Source: an uncultured Acidobacteriota bacterium (lineage in GTDB: Bacteria > Acidobacteriota > UBA4820 > DSQY01). Taken from it: DNA of 64,000 nucleotides. Positions 39,242 to 50,241 of the stretch are shown piece by piece. The notes below the pieces were generated by a model, which was given only the letters and a program-made list of their open reading frames with translations, had not been told where the DNA came from and did no database searches. The first letter of the stretch is position 1. Each line of letters opens with the position of its first letter. The stretch spans positions 404,645 through 468,644 of the forward strand of contig CAVYWK010000029.1 in the NCBI GenBank assembly GCA_963772255.1, read 5' to 3'. A program made the translations under genes and the position numbers.

Positions 39242-40405
39242 CTACCCCGCCAGGCTCTCCCTGACGGAGAGCGCGATCTTGTAGAAAACCGTGATCATGA
39301 GGAATCCGACGGCCCAAATGGCGGCCACGATGGCCAGTTCGGGCGCGGTGGGCACGTAGCTCGTGACGACCCCGAGGGGCGAGGGTGTGAATCCACCGAT
39401 GATGAGACCCAGGCCCTTGTCGATCCAGAGCGAGACGAAGACCATGACGCAGGTCACGGCCAGGACGGTCTCGTTCTTTCTGTATCGGGGCACGAGGAGG
39501 AGGAAGATGGCGACGGCCGCCAGCCCCATGGAAGTCCACATCCAGGGCACCAGAGGCGCTTTGCCCTGAAGCCCCACGAAGAGAAACTTGAAGTGCTCCG
39601 TATGCTCGGGGATGCCGCTGTAGAAGACCGTGAAGACCTCCATCAGGACGAAGAAGATGTTCACGAGCATGGCGTAGGTCACGATGATGGCCAGCTTCTG
39701 GATGGGCTCGGACCCCACGTCGAACTTGGTCAGCTTTCGGATGACCATGCAGAGCAAAATCAGCAGGGCCGGGCCGGCGGCGAAAGCCGAGGCCAGAAAT
39801 CGCGGCGCGAGGATGGCCGTGAGCCAGAAGGAGCGCCCCGGAAGGCCGTTGTAGAGAAAGGCCGTGACGGTGTGGATGGAGACGGCCCACGGGATGGATA
39901 GGATGATGATGGGCTTGATCCAGCCTGGCGGAGCCACCCCGTTTCGCTCGGCGCTGAGGGTGATGTAGGCGATCAGGGCGTTCAGCCCAAGGTACCCCGA
40001 GAGGGAGACCATGTCCCAGAACATCATGGAATTGGGCGTGGGATGGAGCATGACGTTGAGGATCCTCGTCGGTTGGCCCATGTCCACGAAGATGAAGAGC
40101 ATGCACATGGTCACCGCGGAGATGGCCAGGAACTCGCCCAGGATGGTGATTTTTCCGAAGGCCTTGTAATTGTGGAGATAGTAGGGCAGGACCACCATGA
40201 CCGCGGAGGCCGCCACGCCCACGAAGAAGGTGAACTGGGCGATGTACATGCCCCAGGTCACGTCCCGGCTGAGACCCGTGATGCCCAACCCGTCACGCAG
40301 CTGCCACAGGTAGCACAGGAAGCCCACGAGGATCACCGTCCCCAGGATGCCGATCCAGCCCCAGTACCGCCTGCCACCCACGACGGCTTTCTCAAACATG
40401 AACAT
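39242..40405 (-). CDS. dsrP: DsrP, NrfD/PsrC-like integral membrane subunit of DsrMKJOP
   Basis: It is a polytopic membrane protein (…DVTWGMYIAQFTFFVGVAASAVMV…) directly downstream of dsrO. The start was taken at MFMFEKAV. Confidence 0.85.
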   Translation of the reverse strand: MFMFEKAVVGGRRYWGWIGILGTVILVGFLCYLWQLRDGLGITGLSRDVTWGMYIAQFTFFVGVAASAVMVVLPYYLHNYKAFGKITILGEFLAISAVTMCMLFIFVDMGQPTRILNVMLHPTPNSMMFWDMVSLSGYLGLNALIAYITLSAERNGVAPPGWIKPIIILSIPWAVSIHTVTAFLYNGLPGRSFWLTAILAPRFLASAFAAGPALLILLCMVIRKLTKFDVGSEPIQKLAIIVTYAMLVNIFFVLMEVFTVFYSGIPEHTEHFKFLFVGLQGKAPLVPWMWTSMGLAAVAIFLLLVPRYRKNETVLAVTCVMVFVSLWIDKGLGLIIGGFTPSPLGVVTSYVPTAPELAIVAAIWAVGFLMITVFYKIALSVRESLAG

Positions 40406-40468
40406 GCGCTGCCTCCGTACGGAGTCGGAGCGGCGGGGAGAGGCCCCGCCACCCGCCGGCATTCCCCA

Positions 40469-41230
40469 TCACAGGATGTAGTAGATCTCCGGTTGTGTTC
40501 CCAGCTCGGGCTTCCGCCTGAGGGAGTAGCGATCTTTGAGGAGCGCCCTCACCTCAGAGGCGGGATCGTCCAGGTTCCCGAAGACCATGGCCTTTTCCGG
40601 GCACGATTCGACGCAGGCCGGCTGCTGTCCCCGGGCCAGGCGCTCGTCGCAGAACGTGCATTTTTCCACCACGCCCTTGGTGCGGGTGGGGAAGTTGGGG
40701 TCGAGCGTCTTGATGCGCGGCCGCGGGTCCGACCAGTTGAAGCTCCTGGAGCCGTACGGGCAAGCCGCGACGCAGTACCGGCAGCCGATGCACCGGTGCC
40801 AGTCCATCATGACGATGCCGTCCTCCCGTTTCCATGTCGCCTTGGTGGGGCAGACCCGCACGCACGGCGGATTGTCGCAGTGGTTGCAGAATACCAGCAC
40901 GGGCTTCTCTTTGAGCGCCTCCGCGGTGTAGGGGTTCTCCTGGTCCGGGAAGGCGTGCTCGAAGGGCTCCTTCCAGATCCATTTCACCTCGTGCTGGGCA
41001 TCGGGGAACTGCGGCACGTTGTGGACCTGGTTGCAGGCGTTGATGCAGTCCCTGCACCCCTCGTGTTTCAGGCACTTCTGGGGATCGATGACCATGGCCC
41101 AGCGAGTCCGCGCACCGGCCGCGGTGTCCTTCTTCTCGGCGCTTTCGATGGCGCCGATGGTTGATTTTCCGGCGAGGGCCAGCGCCGAGAGTCCGGCGAC
41201 GCCCAGGAACGTCCGTCGATTGGTGCTCAT
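40469..41230 (-). CDS. dsrO: DsrO, Tat-exported 4x[4Fe-4S] ferredoxin-like subunit
   Basis: Has the Tat leader MSTNRRTFLGVAGLSALA and Cys clusters including CIGCRYCVAACP and CTFCDERL. ATGA overlap with the dsrJ stop. Confidence 0.88.
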   Translation of the reverse strand: MSTNRRTFLGVAGLSALALAGKSTIGAIESAEKKDTAAGARTRWAMVIDPQKCLKHEGCRDCINACNQVHNVPQFPDAQHEVKWIWKEPFEHAFPDQENPYTAEALKEKPVLVFCNHCDNPPCVRVCPTKATWKREDGIVMMDWHRCIGCRYCVAACPYGSRSFNWSDPRPRIKTLDPNFPTRTKGVVEKCTFCDERLARGQQPACVESCPEKAMVFGNLDDPASEVRALLKDRYSLRRKPELGTQPEIYYIL

Positions 41231-41622
41231 CCGTTGGCCCTCCGCGCCAGCTTGGGATCGATGTGGCAGTCCCAGCAGTAGGGGGTGACGCCCGCGTAGA
41301 GGTGGCACTTGTCGCAGAACTCCTCCTTGTTGTCGTGGCACTTCATGCACGTGCGCGTGAGGCTCATCTCGAAGGTCCTGCCGTCCGCCGTGACCATGGT
41401 CCGCTTGTCCTGCCGGACCACTGAGTCCCGCCAGGTGATGAGCATTTCCATGTGGGTGGTCCGCATGGTCTCCTTGGAGGCGACGCACTGCTTCTCGTCG
41501 ACGGGGAGTTTGAGTTCGGGCTCCTTGGAGGAGGTGCCCGACGCGAGGTTGTACCAGATGGGGAAGGTGATCAGCCCCAGGAACAGCAGCAACCCTGCCA
41601 GGATCAGGCTCCGGTCACGCAT
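41227..41622 (-). CDS. dsrJ: DsrJ, membrane-anchored triheme cytochrome c
   Basis: Has three CxxCH motifs (CMKCH, CDKCH, CWDCH) after an N-terminal TM helix. Confidence 0.9.
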   Translation of the reverse strand: MRDRSLILAGLLLFLGLITFPIWYNLASGTSSKEPELKLPVDEKQCVASKETMRTTHMEMLITWRDSVVRQDKRTMVTADGRTFEMSLTRTCMKCHDNKEEFCDKCHLYAGVTPYCWDCHIDPKLARRANG

Positions 41623-43233
41623 GGGCCGCCTCCTTTGCCGCCAGCGGCGTTCCGCGAAGGTCGGTGGTCCTCTCCTTCTCGCCCTTCATCACGAGGGCGT
41701 TGCCAACGAACTCGTGGACGCCCGCCACCTCGACTCCCGGCACCCAGTACTCCATCAGGGTGGGGAGCGTCGCCTTGTCGATGGCGCAGATGCAGGAGAG
41801 GACGTTGACGCCGAACTTCTCGTGGACGTGCTTCACCGCGTTGGCGCGGGGAAGGCCGCCCCTCATGCGCATCTCGAAGTTCTCGTCGTTCCCGAGGCCC
41901 GCGCCGCTGCCGCAGCAGAAGGTGTTCTCTCGGATGGTGTTTTCGGGCATCTCGTGGAAGTTCCGGCAGGTGTTCTTGATGACGTAGCGGGGCTCCTCGA
42001 AGAGGCCCATGGCCCGGGCCGGGTTGCACGAGTCGTGGAACGTGACGTTCCAGTGGTCGTTGCGGCTCGGGTCCAGCTTGAGCTTGCCGTTCCTGATGAG
42101 GTCGGACGGTGAACTCGCAGATGTGGACCATCTTGGTGGACTGGGTGTTCTCGAACACGGTGCCCGTGATGGGGGACATGGGCACCTCCAGGAAATCGGC
42201 CGGGCCGTTCATGGTGCTCATGTACTGGTGCAGGACCCGCCACATGTGGCCGCATTCCCCGCCGATGATCCACTTCACGCCCAGGCGTTTGGCCTCGGCG
42301 TAGATCTTGTTGTTGAGGCGCTTGATCATCTCGTGGCTCGTGAAGAGGCCGAAGTTGCCGCCCTCTCCCGCGAAGGCGCTCCAGGTGTAGTCCAGGCCGA
42401 TCTCGTGGAAGAGCTGGAGATAGCCCAGGAGCGTGTAGTAGTGTGGCGTGCCGAAGTAGTCCGCCGACGGCGCCACGAACAGGATCTCGGCGCCCTTCCG
42501 GTTGATGGGCAGGTCTACCCGGATCCCCGTGATCTCCTCCAGCTCGTCCACGGCGAACTCCAGGGAGTCTTTGAAGCCGTGCGGCTGGATGCCCAGGTGG
42601 TTGCCCGTGCGGAAGCAGTTGGCCGCCGGCTCGATGACCCAGTTGATGTTGCAGCCCACGAGGTTGAGCAGCTCGCGGCCGATCATGGTGATCTCCGCCT
42701 GGTCGATGCCGTAGGGGCAGAAGACCGAGCAGCGGCGGCACTCGGTGCACTGGTAGAAGTAGTAGAACCACTCCTTGATCACGTCCTCGGTGAGCTCCCG
42801 CCCGCCGGCCAGTGATGCCGAAGGCCTTCCCCGCCGGCGTGAAATACCGGCGGTAGACGGAGCGGATCAGCTCGGCCCGCAGGACGGGCATGTTCTTGGG
42901 GTCGCCGGAGCCGATGTAGAAGTGGCACTTGTCGGCGCAGGCCCCGCACCGCACGCAGATGTCCATGAAGAGCCGGAAGGAGCGGTACTTCTCCAGCCGC
43001 TCTTTCATGCCGTCCAGGATGATCTGCTTCCAGTTGGGCGGCAGCTTCCAGTCCTCGTCGAAGGGCTGCCATTCCCTGGGGTTGGGCATGCCGAGGTACT
43101 CGAGGTTTTTCCCCAGGGCGCTGTAGCAGTAGGTCCCCTTTCGGAAGTCGACGTGAGGGTCCATCCAGCCCTTCTGGGGGGGCTTGTAGGAGATCTTCGC
43201 CAGTTCCTCGGGGTTGGGGTGCTTCTCCGCCAT
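41615..43233 (-). CDS. dsrK: DsrK, HdrD-like catalytic subunit, with two apparent frameshifts (about 42100 and about 42810)
   Basis: Three colinear frames carry MAEKHPNPEE...CVRCGACADKCHFY, then KEWFYYFYQCTECRRCSVFCPYGID...GGECGHMWRV, then DLIRNGKLKLDPSRNDHWNVTFHDSCNPARAMGLF...FCCGSGAGLG. At about 42100 the coding strand reads ttc acc g tcc gac, which has one base too many. Confidence 0.88.
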
Positions 43234-43235
43234 GG

Positions 43236-44229
43236 CTACTCCCTATCCAAAGGCAGGCCGGCCGCCTTGATCTTGTCGTGGAATTCTTCCTCCCACTCCT
43301 CGTAGGTGTGGACCTTCACGGGGTAGTCCCACGGGTTGACGTGACGCTTCATCCGATTGTTGTTGGCCAGGTTCCGCGTGGGGCTCAGGAACACCCCCGG
43401 AGCGTGCATGAGCTTGCTGAAGGGGAAGTAGGCCACCAGCAGCGCTGAGGAGGAACAGGTGGACAAAGAAGAGGGGACCGACCTCCGCCGGGATCGCAGG
43501 GGAGAAGGTCACCAGACCCATGGCCAGCCGTTTGACGGCCACCACATCCACGCGGGTGAAGTAGCGCATGAGCACGCCGGAGCCCGCCAGGCCCAGCAGG
43601 AGGAACAGGGCGAAGTAGTCCGTGAAGAGGGAGATGTACCGGACCTGCGCCTCGCCCAGGCGCCGGTAGAGCAGGTAGAGCAAGGCCGCCAGAATGACCA
43701 CGTCGGTCACGTAGAGCACCGGTGCGCCGACCTGGAAGAAGCCGTCCACGGCGGCCAGCATGTTCACGAACGCAGGCACGGGTTCCATGAAGAATCTCAG
43801 GTGCCTCAGGAAGATCACGAGGAAGGTCCAGTGGAAGGCGATGGCGCCGAGCCAGAGCCACTTGTTCTCCCCGTAGATCAGCTTGGGGCCGCCGCGGATC
43901 TCGGCTGTGGTGTTGCGGAAGAGGGACCGGAAGAGCAGGACCTCCAGCGCCATCCTCACCACCACGCCGAAGGCCGTGGAGGGGCTTTCGATCCAGCTGG
44001 ACTTCATCCAGGGCAGGGACTTCTGCTGGCCGCAGGTCGTGGGGATCCTGAACGGCACGGGCGTCGAGGCCCACCGGACCACCCTGTAGGCGAGCCCGCA
44101 GAGAAAGACGGCGATGGCGGCGAACGGGAGGACGGTCCCAAAGAAGAACTGCAGATGGGCCACCGTCACGCCGAAGTACACCAGTCCGGTCAGCACCAGG
44201 ACAGTCAACAGCGAATACAAGGCACTCAT
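43236..44229 (-). CDS. dsrM: DsrM, NarI/HdrE-like dihaem membrane subunit, with one apparent frameshift (about 43445)
   Basis: Starts MSALYSLLTVLVLTGLVYFG and runs to FFVHLFLLSA. It continues in another frame as LLVAYFPFSKLMHAPGVFLSPTRN... Confidence 0.85.
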
Positions 44230-44272
44230 CAACCGATTCCTCCTTCCCCAAATGGCGCGCAACTCTCGCCCG

Positions 44273-44889
44273 TCATGGCTTCATCTCGCCTCGCCGGTTT
44301 CCATCCTCAACCTGGGAGCCTGAGGCAGTGTTCGCCATGGGTTCCGCAACCGGGTTGGGACCCGGGCCATCGAATGTCCTGATGGCCCGCTCGATTACGA
44401 ACAGGCTCCTCTTCATTTCGTTGATTCTGATCTCGGAAATTTTCTCTCGGGTCGCGGACGCATAGGTCGAAGGCGCTCAGCGCCAGCTCGTCCACCTTCG
44501 CGTCGAAAGCCAGCGCCTCGCGAGCCGCCTGAGGGGTCGAGATTTCCTTCTCTGTGGAGCTGCTTACCACTTCTCTTGCAATCTGCTTGAGCGTGAAAAT
44601 GAATGCGAGGGCCTGGGAGGGCGTCAGGCCCTGCACCGAGCGGAGCTTGATGACGGTTTCCAGCGGGGAGGCAAGGCGCGGCCGGATCGGAACCCGCCAG
44701 GAGTCCTTCGAGGATGGCGGCGAGCTCCTTGGAGAGGGTGGCCCCGACGGGGTTCGCGAAGGGGTCCTTCACCTGGCTCAAGAAATGTCTGGATTGGTCC
44801 GGGTAGGACTCCAGAACCTCCCGGAGCCACCTCTCCAGGATGACGGCTCTCTTGCCAAGTAGAATCTCAGTCAGGGCCATGGGCCCCAC
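44273..44889 (-). CDS. dsrT: DsrT-like protein (RsbRD N-terminal-domain family), with two apparent frameshifts (about 44465 and about 44685)
   Basis: Reads MALTEILLGKRAVILERWLREVLESYPDQSRHFLSQVKDPFANPVG, then ...LASPLETVIKLRSVQGLTPSQALAFIFTLKQIAREV..., then ...REKISEIRINEMKRSLFVIERA. It lies immediately upstream of dsrM. Confidence 0.7.
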
Positions 44890-44922
44890 CCCCTCCGCTG
44901 CCGAAGGCCCCCCCGGGGGCCG

Positions 44923-44975
44923 GCAGGCGGGACGAAGTCGGTAGCCGGAACGGCCCTCCGACTTCTCCCGCCTGC
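44923..44975 (-). terminator. Long GC-rich stem-loop between dsrC and dsrT-like; an attenuator or RNA-stabilising hairpin with no U-tract
   Basis: gcaggcgggacgaagtcgg (44923-44941) pairs with ccgacttctcccgcctgc (44958-44975) with one mismatch or bulge. It starts 15 nt after the dsrC stop. Confidence 0.4.
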
Positions 44976-44989
44976 TTTCCTCGCTTACC

Positions 44990-45308
44990 TTACACGCACC
45001 CCGTGGGCTTGGGCAGGCCCGCGAGCTTGCAGGCGCCCTTGGCCGGACCGGAGGGGAAGAGTTCGTAGACCTTGTTCAGCGGGAATCCCGGTCTCCTTGC
45101 AGAGCTTGCGGATCATGGGAGCGATCCCGAACTGCAGGTAGTAGTTCCGGAGGTAGTTGATCATCTTCCAGTGCTCTTCGGTCAGTTCGTCGACACCCTC
45201 GATGGAGGCGAAGTCCTTGGCCACGTCCTCGTTCCAGACGCCGGGATCTTCCAGGAACCCGTCCTCATCCACGATGTAGGTCTTTCCGTTCAGTTCGAGA
45301 TCAGGCAT
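44990..45308 (-). CDS. dsrC: DsrC, with one apparent frameshift (about 45075)
   Basis: Reads [39 protein letters not shown]...[24 protein letters not shown]. The conserved tail [29 protein letters not shown] is in the next frame. The coding strand reads att ccc g ctg aac, which has one base too many. Confidence 0.9.
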
Positions 45309-45320
45309 GTGAGTCTCCTT

Positions 45321-46980
45321 CTAGACCATGTCGATGTACCCGCAGGGGCACTCTTCCGCGCACTTCTTGCACCCGTTGCACACTTCCAGCTTGACCTTGT
45401 AGTGCTCGCCCTTCGGGAGCTTCACGAAGCAGCTGTTGGTGCAGTACATCCAGCAGGACTCGCAGTCCATGCACAGGCCGCAGGACATGCACCGCTTGGC
45501 CTCATCCTGGGCCTGCTGGTCCGTGAGGCCCATGCTCGATTTCGGTATCCATGCCGCGCTGGTCCGCGGGCAGGTGGGGGCGATCGTTTCGGACGGCCTC
45601 CTTGTACCAGGCCAGCTTCATCTTGTCCGACTTGACGAGGGGGGGCTGCTGGTGCTTCTCCAGGGTCTTGCCGCGGAACCGCGCGTCGATGGCCTCCGCC
45701 GCGAAGCGCCCCTGGGCGATGGCGATGGTGGCCAGACCGAGCTCCACGTCGTCGCCGCCGGAGTAAACGCCGTCGGCCTTCGTGGCACCCCAGCCATCGA
45801 CGACGATCCAGTCTTTCCCTTCGCGGAGCGACTCGAAGCCGTCGAAGGCCGGCTCCTGGCTGATGGCGGCGATGATGGCCGTGGCCTCGATGTCGAATTC
45901 GGAACCGGCTTTGGGCACGGGCCGGCGGCGTCCGGAAGCGTCGGGTTCGCCGAGCTCCATCCGGATGCACTTCATGCCCACCGCCACGCCGTCCTTGACG
46001 AGGATTTCCACGGGCGCGGCCAGGAACTCGATGGTCACGCCCTCCTCGAGCGCCCCCTCGATCTCGGGCGCGATGGCGGGCATCTCGGCGCGCGTCCGGC
46101 GGTACAGGATCGTGGACTCGGCGCCCAGGCGCTTGCTGATCCGCGCCGCGTCGATGGCCGTGTCTCCGCCCCCGATGACGATGACCTTGCCACCGACCTT
46201 CACATCCTCGCCGCTGTTCACCCTGTTGAGAAACTCCGTGCCCGTGTACACGTTGGGCGCGTCTTCGCCGGGGACGCGAAGCTTGATGCCCTTGTGTGCT
46301 CCGATGCCGACGAAGATGGCCTGGTACTGCTTCTTGAGATCTTCCAGGCTCATGTCTTTGCCGATGATGAAGTTGCACTTGAGCTCGACGCCCAGTTCCG
46401 TGATCTGCCCGATTTCGGCGTCGAGAACCTGGCGGGGCAGGCGGTAGCGGGGAATGCCGTAGCGCAGCATGCCGCCCGGCTTGCTGAACGCCTCGAACAC
46501 CGTCACGCCGTAGCCCCGGCGCGCCAGCTGGTAGGCGCAGGAGAGGCCCGCGGGTCCGGCACCCACCACGGCCACCTTTTCGGCGTGCTTCTCGTCCGTC
46601 AGCAAGGAGGGCTTGAGCCCCTTTTCCAGGGCGAAGTCTCCGAGGAAGCGCTCGATGGCGTTGATGGACACGGAGCCTTCCTTCTCCTTACGGTTGCATC
46701 CGTCCTCGCAGGGATGGGGGCAGACCCGGCCGCAGGTGGCCGGGAAGGGGTTGTTCTCCGTGATCATGCGCCAGGCGATCTCGTAGGCCTGCTCGTTGGT
46801 GCGGCCGTAGGCCTCGGCCTGGGCGATGGTGGTCAGAATTCCGCGGATGTTGGTCCCGCTCGGACAGTTACCCATGCAAGGCGCAGTCTTCTCGGAGTAT
46901 TTCGGCCTGAGGGGGCTGATCTCTCCTGACGAACTCGCCGCTTTGATGACGGGCTTCTTTACTTCCTTGAAAAGACCCAT
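45321..46980 (-). CDS. dsrL: DsrL-like NAD(P)H oxidoreductase (GltD-type Fe-S/FAD/NAD(P) domains plus a C-terminal 2x[4Fe-4S] ferredoxin domain), with one apparent frameshift (about 45532)
   Basis: Contains CGRVCPHPCEDGCNR, VAVVGAGPAGLSCAYQLARRG, VIVIGGGDTAIDAAR and the C-terminus CMSCGLCMDCESCWMYC...CNGCKKCAEECPCGYI. It lies between dsrD and dsrC. Confidence 0.65.
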
Positions 46981-47135
46981 GGCCTCGTCCTTTCGGAGGT
47001 GGTGGTGATGAAAAAAGGGTAAAGGGTGAACGGCGAATGACGGGGAGCCCATGGCGAATGGGGTGCGGTGAGTGGTTTCATGAGCTTAGCGCCCGTTCAT
47101 CGCACCGTTCAACATGCGCTGACCGCCCTCCCCCA

Positions 47136-47572
47136 TCACGCGTAAGGGTAGAGGCCGCGCTTGAAATCCTCCAACTGGGAGAGCAGGCGGTCGTGCTTCT
47201 TCTCGTCGTCGATGAGGTAGGTCAGGAGATGGCGCTGCGCGAAGAGCCGGCAGTTCTTCCGGGCCTTCTCCGCGAGGACGATGGTCTCCTTCTCCATCTC
47301 GGCGTGCTTTTCGATGAGGTCCCAGACGTCAGCGAGCTCCTCGGGGGTCAGGCTGAACGCCTGCTTCTCCAGGCTGTCCAAGATCACTTGCTGGACGCGC
47401 TTGTGCATGGCCGAATCTTGGCGGATGATCTCCATGATCAAGCGGATGAGCGGGTTCGGGTCTTTTCCATGATCGTCGTGGTCTGGGAAATGGTGGCCAC
47501 CTCGAGTTCCTGCCAGTGCTTCAGGAGCGCCACCAGCTCTTTCACGTTGTCCGCTGCCTTCTCATTTTTCAT
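47136..47572 (-). CDS. Small all-helical hypothetical protein (about 145 aa) inside the dsr operon, with one apparent frameshift (about 47455)
   Basis: An ATG at 47572 follows a GGAGG. The sequence MKNEKAADNVKELVALLKHWQELEVATISQTTTIMEK joins NPLIRLIMEIIRQDSAMHKRV...DDEKKHDRLLSQLEDFKRGLYPYA in another frame. A ferritin-like fold is only a guess. Confidence 0.55.
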
Positions 47573-47656
47573 CAGACGATCCTCCATGGATGTCCTGAAC
47601 GTAACTCCAAAGCGTTGGCGGGCGGAGGCATGCCTCCGCCCGCCGGCGTGCCGGGC

Positions 47657-47905
47657 TTATTCCGGCGCGGCTCCCTCTTTGTGCGGCAGCGTGATGAAGC
47701 TTCCACCGAAGTAACTGTAGACGCACCGACCCGAGTCCATGAGGATCCGGATGGCGGCCTTGCAGTCGTCCTTGCTGCACTCCGCCTCGCCGTGCTTGGC
47801 GATCATGGCCTTGGTCAGGTCGCCCGCCTTCAGGTTTTTCTTCCCGAAGTACTCGGACACCATCTGGAACATCTCTTCGGCCAGCGCTTCATGGTTCACG
47901 GCCAT
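47657..47905 (-). CDS. dsrD: DsrD, small winged-helix protein of reductive dsr operons
   Basis: An 82 aa protein directly after dsrB. The segment ...KKNLKAGDLTKAM...AAIRILMDSGRCVYSYFGGSFITLPHKEG resembles the DsrD pattern (...YWSSGSTTMYGLKG). Confidence 0.8.
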   Translation of the reverse strand: MAVNHEALAEEMFQMVSEYFGKKNLKAGDLTKAMIAKHGEAECSKDDCKAAIRILMDSGRCVYSYFGGSFITLPHKEGAAPE

Positions 47906-47915
47906 GGGTCTCTCC

Positions 47916-48999
47916 TTAGAACTTGATGTGGGTCGACCTCGCGTAGGTCAGGCCCGCGTTCTTGAAGTCGTCGATGTGGTAGCGCGTGAACTCGATGCCC
48001 GTGAGCTCGAAGAACTTCGGCCATCCGATGCGCTCGATCCACTCGCCCATGCGCTCGTACTTCCGGGCGTTCTTGGCGTAGACCTCGACGATGTTGACCA
48101 CCGCCTCCACCACCTCGGGCCAGCGGGGCGGATTGTTCGGGATGAAGGGGATGGCGAGCTTGGAGAACTTCGGCGCCGTGCGGGCGTTGCTCACCTTCCC
48201 GCCGACCCAGATGGAGATGCCGTCGTTCTCGGGGTCGTTGAGCGGCATGGAGGGGCACACGGTGTAGCAGTTGCCGCAGTACATGCACTGCGGCTCTTCC
48301 ACCGCCACGCTGTTCTTGCCGTCCACCACCGCGGGCCGGATGGCGCCGGTGGGGCAGGAGGCGATGAGCGTGGGGACTTCGCAGGTCTTGGGCAGGGTGT
48401 CGTGGTTGACCTTCGGGGGCTTCCGGTGGATGCCCAGGATGGCGATGTCGGAGCAGTGCACGGCGCCGCACATGTTCAGGCAGCACGCCAGGGCGATGCG
48501 AAGCTTGGCGGGCAGGTTCTCGTGCGTGAAGCGGTCGTACAGGGCGTCCATGACGGCCTTGACGATGCCCGAGGCGTCGGTGGCGGAGGAGTGGCAGTGG
48601 ACCCACCCCTGCGTGTGGACGATGTTGCTGATGGCGTTGTTCGTGCCGCCGACCGGGAAGTTGTTCGCGCAAGAGCTCCTTCTTCAGCGGCTCGATGTTG
48701 GCCTGGTTGTCCAGGAGGAACTCCACGTTGTTCCGGCTCGTGAAGCGCAGGTAGCCGCCGCAGTATTTGTCGGCCAGGTCCGCGAAGAGGCGGATGCTCT
48801 GGATGCTCAGCAGGCGGGGCGACCCGGCCCGGACCGTGTAGATCTTGTCGCCCGACTCGGCGACGTGGCAGAGCACGCCCGGAGCCAGGTTCTCGTGGTA
48901 CTTCCACATCCCGTAGTTCTTCTTGATGACGGGGTGAAGGAACTTCTCGTAATTGGGCGGTCCGATATCGGTAATCCTTTTGACGGGTTCAGCTGCCAT
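47916..48999 (-). CDS. dsrB: Dissimilatory sulfite reductase beta subunit, with one apparent frameshift (about 48660)
   Basis: Reads [36 protein letters not shown]..., then [24 protein letters not shown]...[16 protein letters not shown]...[12 protein letters not shown]. Confidence 0.9.
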
Positions 49000-49060
49000 C
49001 GTTCATCTCCTCAATCTCGAAGGGCCGCATGCGCGACCCGGATCTCCCTGAATGCTCTCC

Positions 49061-50241
49061 CTATTCATCGGCCTTGAAGAAGATGTAGGGGTTGTCGCGC
49101 GGCGCCGTGACCATCTGCGGGATGGGATCCAGGCCGATGGCATCGAGGAAGTTGGACATGCCGACGCGCTGGATCAGCTCGCCGACGCGCTCGCGGTTCT
49201 TGCCGTACTCGTCCCAGAACTCCCAGATCCGGGAGACGAGCTCCTTGAGGGTCTCCATCAGTTCGTCCGCGGGGACGAAGGGGACCAGGACCGAGGAGAG
49301 CAGGGCGCCCTGGACGATGGGAGCCTTGGCGCCGATGAGGATGGTGGCGCCCCTCTCCTTGCCGGGCCGCAGCGCCTTGGGCATCACGTTGATGCAGTGC
49401 ATGCAGCGGACGCACTCGTGGTTCTCGATCGTCAGCTTCTTGCCGTCCCAGTTCATGCACTTGCTGGGGCAGTTGCCGCAGACGTCCTTCTGGATGTCCA
49501 TGCCGGCGGCGGCGTAGTCGGTCACCTGCGGCGTCGTCCTGCTGGATCTCGTCCTTCCAGGTGCCGATGACGGAGAGGTCGGAACGGGCGATGGAGGCCA
49601 CGCAGTCGTTCGGGCAGCCGGAGAACTTGAACTTGAACTTGTAGGGGAAGGGCGGGCGGTGCAGCTCGTCCTGGTACTGGTGCGTGATGTCGTTGCAGGT
49701 CTTCATCGTGTCGTAGCAGGCCCACTCGCAGCGCGCCATGCCGACGCAGGCGGAGGGAGTTCGCATGCACGAGCCTGAGCCACCCAGGTCGAAGCCCGCC
49801 TCGGCCAGCTCCTTGAAGCAGGGCTCGAGCTCGTCCGTCTTGGTGCCCAGGAAGACGATGTCGCCCGTGGAGCCGTGCATGTTGGTGAGGCCGGATCCGT
49901 GGCGCTCCCAGATGTCGCAGAGGGTCCGCAGGGCGTCGCTCGTGTAGAACCACCCCGAAGGCTGGTTGACGCGCATGGTGTGGAAGTGCGCCACGTTCGG
50001 GAACTTCTCGGGCACGTCGCTGTAGCGCCCGATGACTCCGCCGCCGTAACCCATGACGCCCACGATGCCGCCGTGCTTCCAGTGGCCCTTTTTCTCCACG
50101 TAGGAAAGCCTCGAGCTGCCCCAGCAGGTCGTCGCACATGGGGCTCGTCTGCCGGGCGTTCTTGATCTCCTTGACGAAGCTCGGCCACGGCCCCTTTTCG
50201 AGTTCATCGAGCAGGGGAGTTTTCACCTTATCGTCCGCCAT
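49061..50241 (-). CDS. dsrA: Dissimilatory sulfite reductase alpha subunit, with two apparent frameshifts (about 49530 and about 50112)
   Basis: Reads [27 protein letters not shown], then [29 protein letters not shown]...[20 protein letters not shown], then [10 protein letters not shown]...[12 protein letters not shown]...NPYIFFK. Confidence 0.9.
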
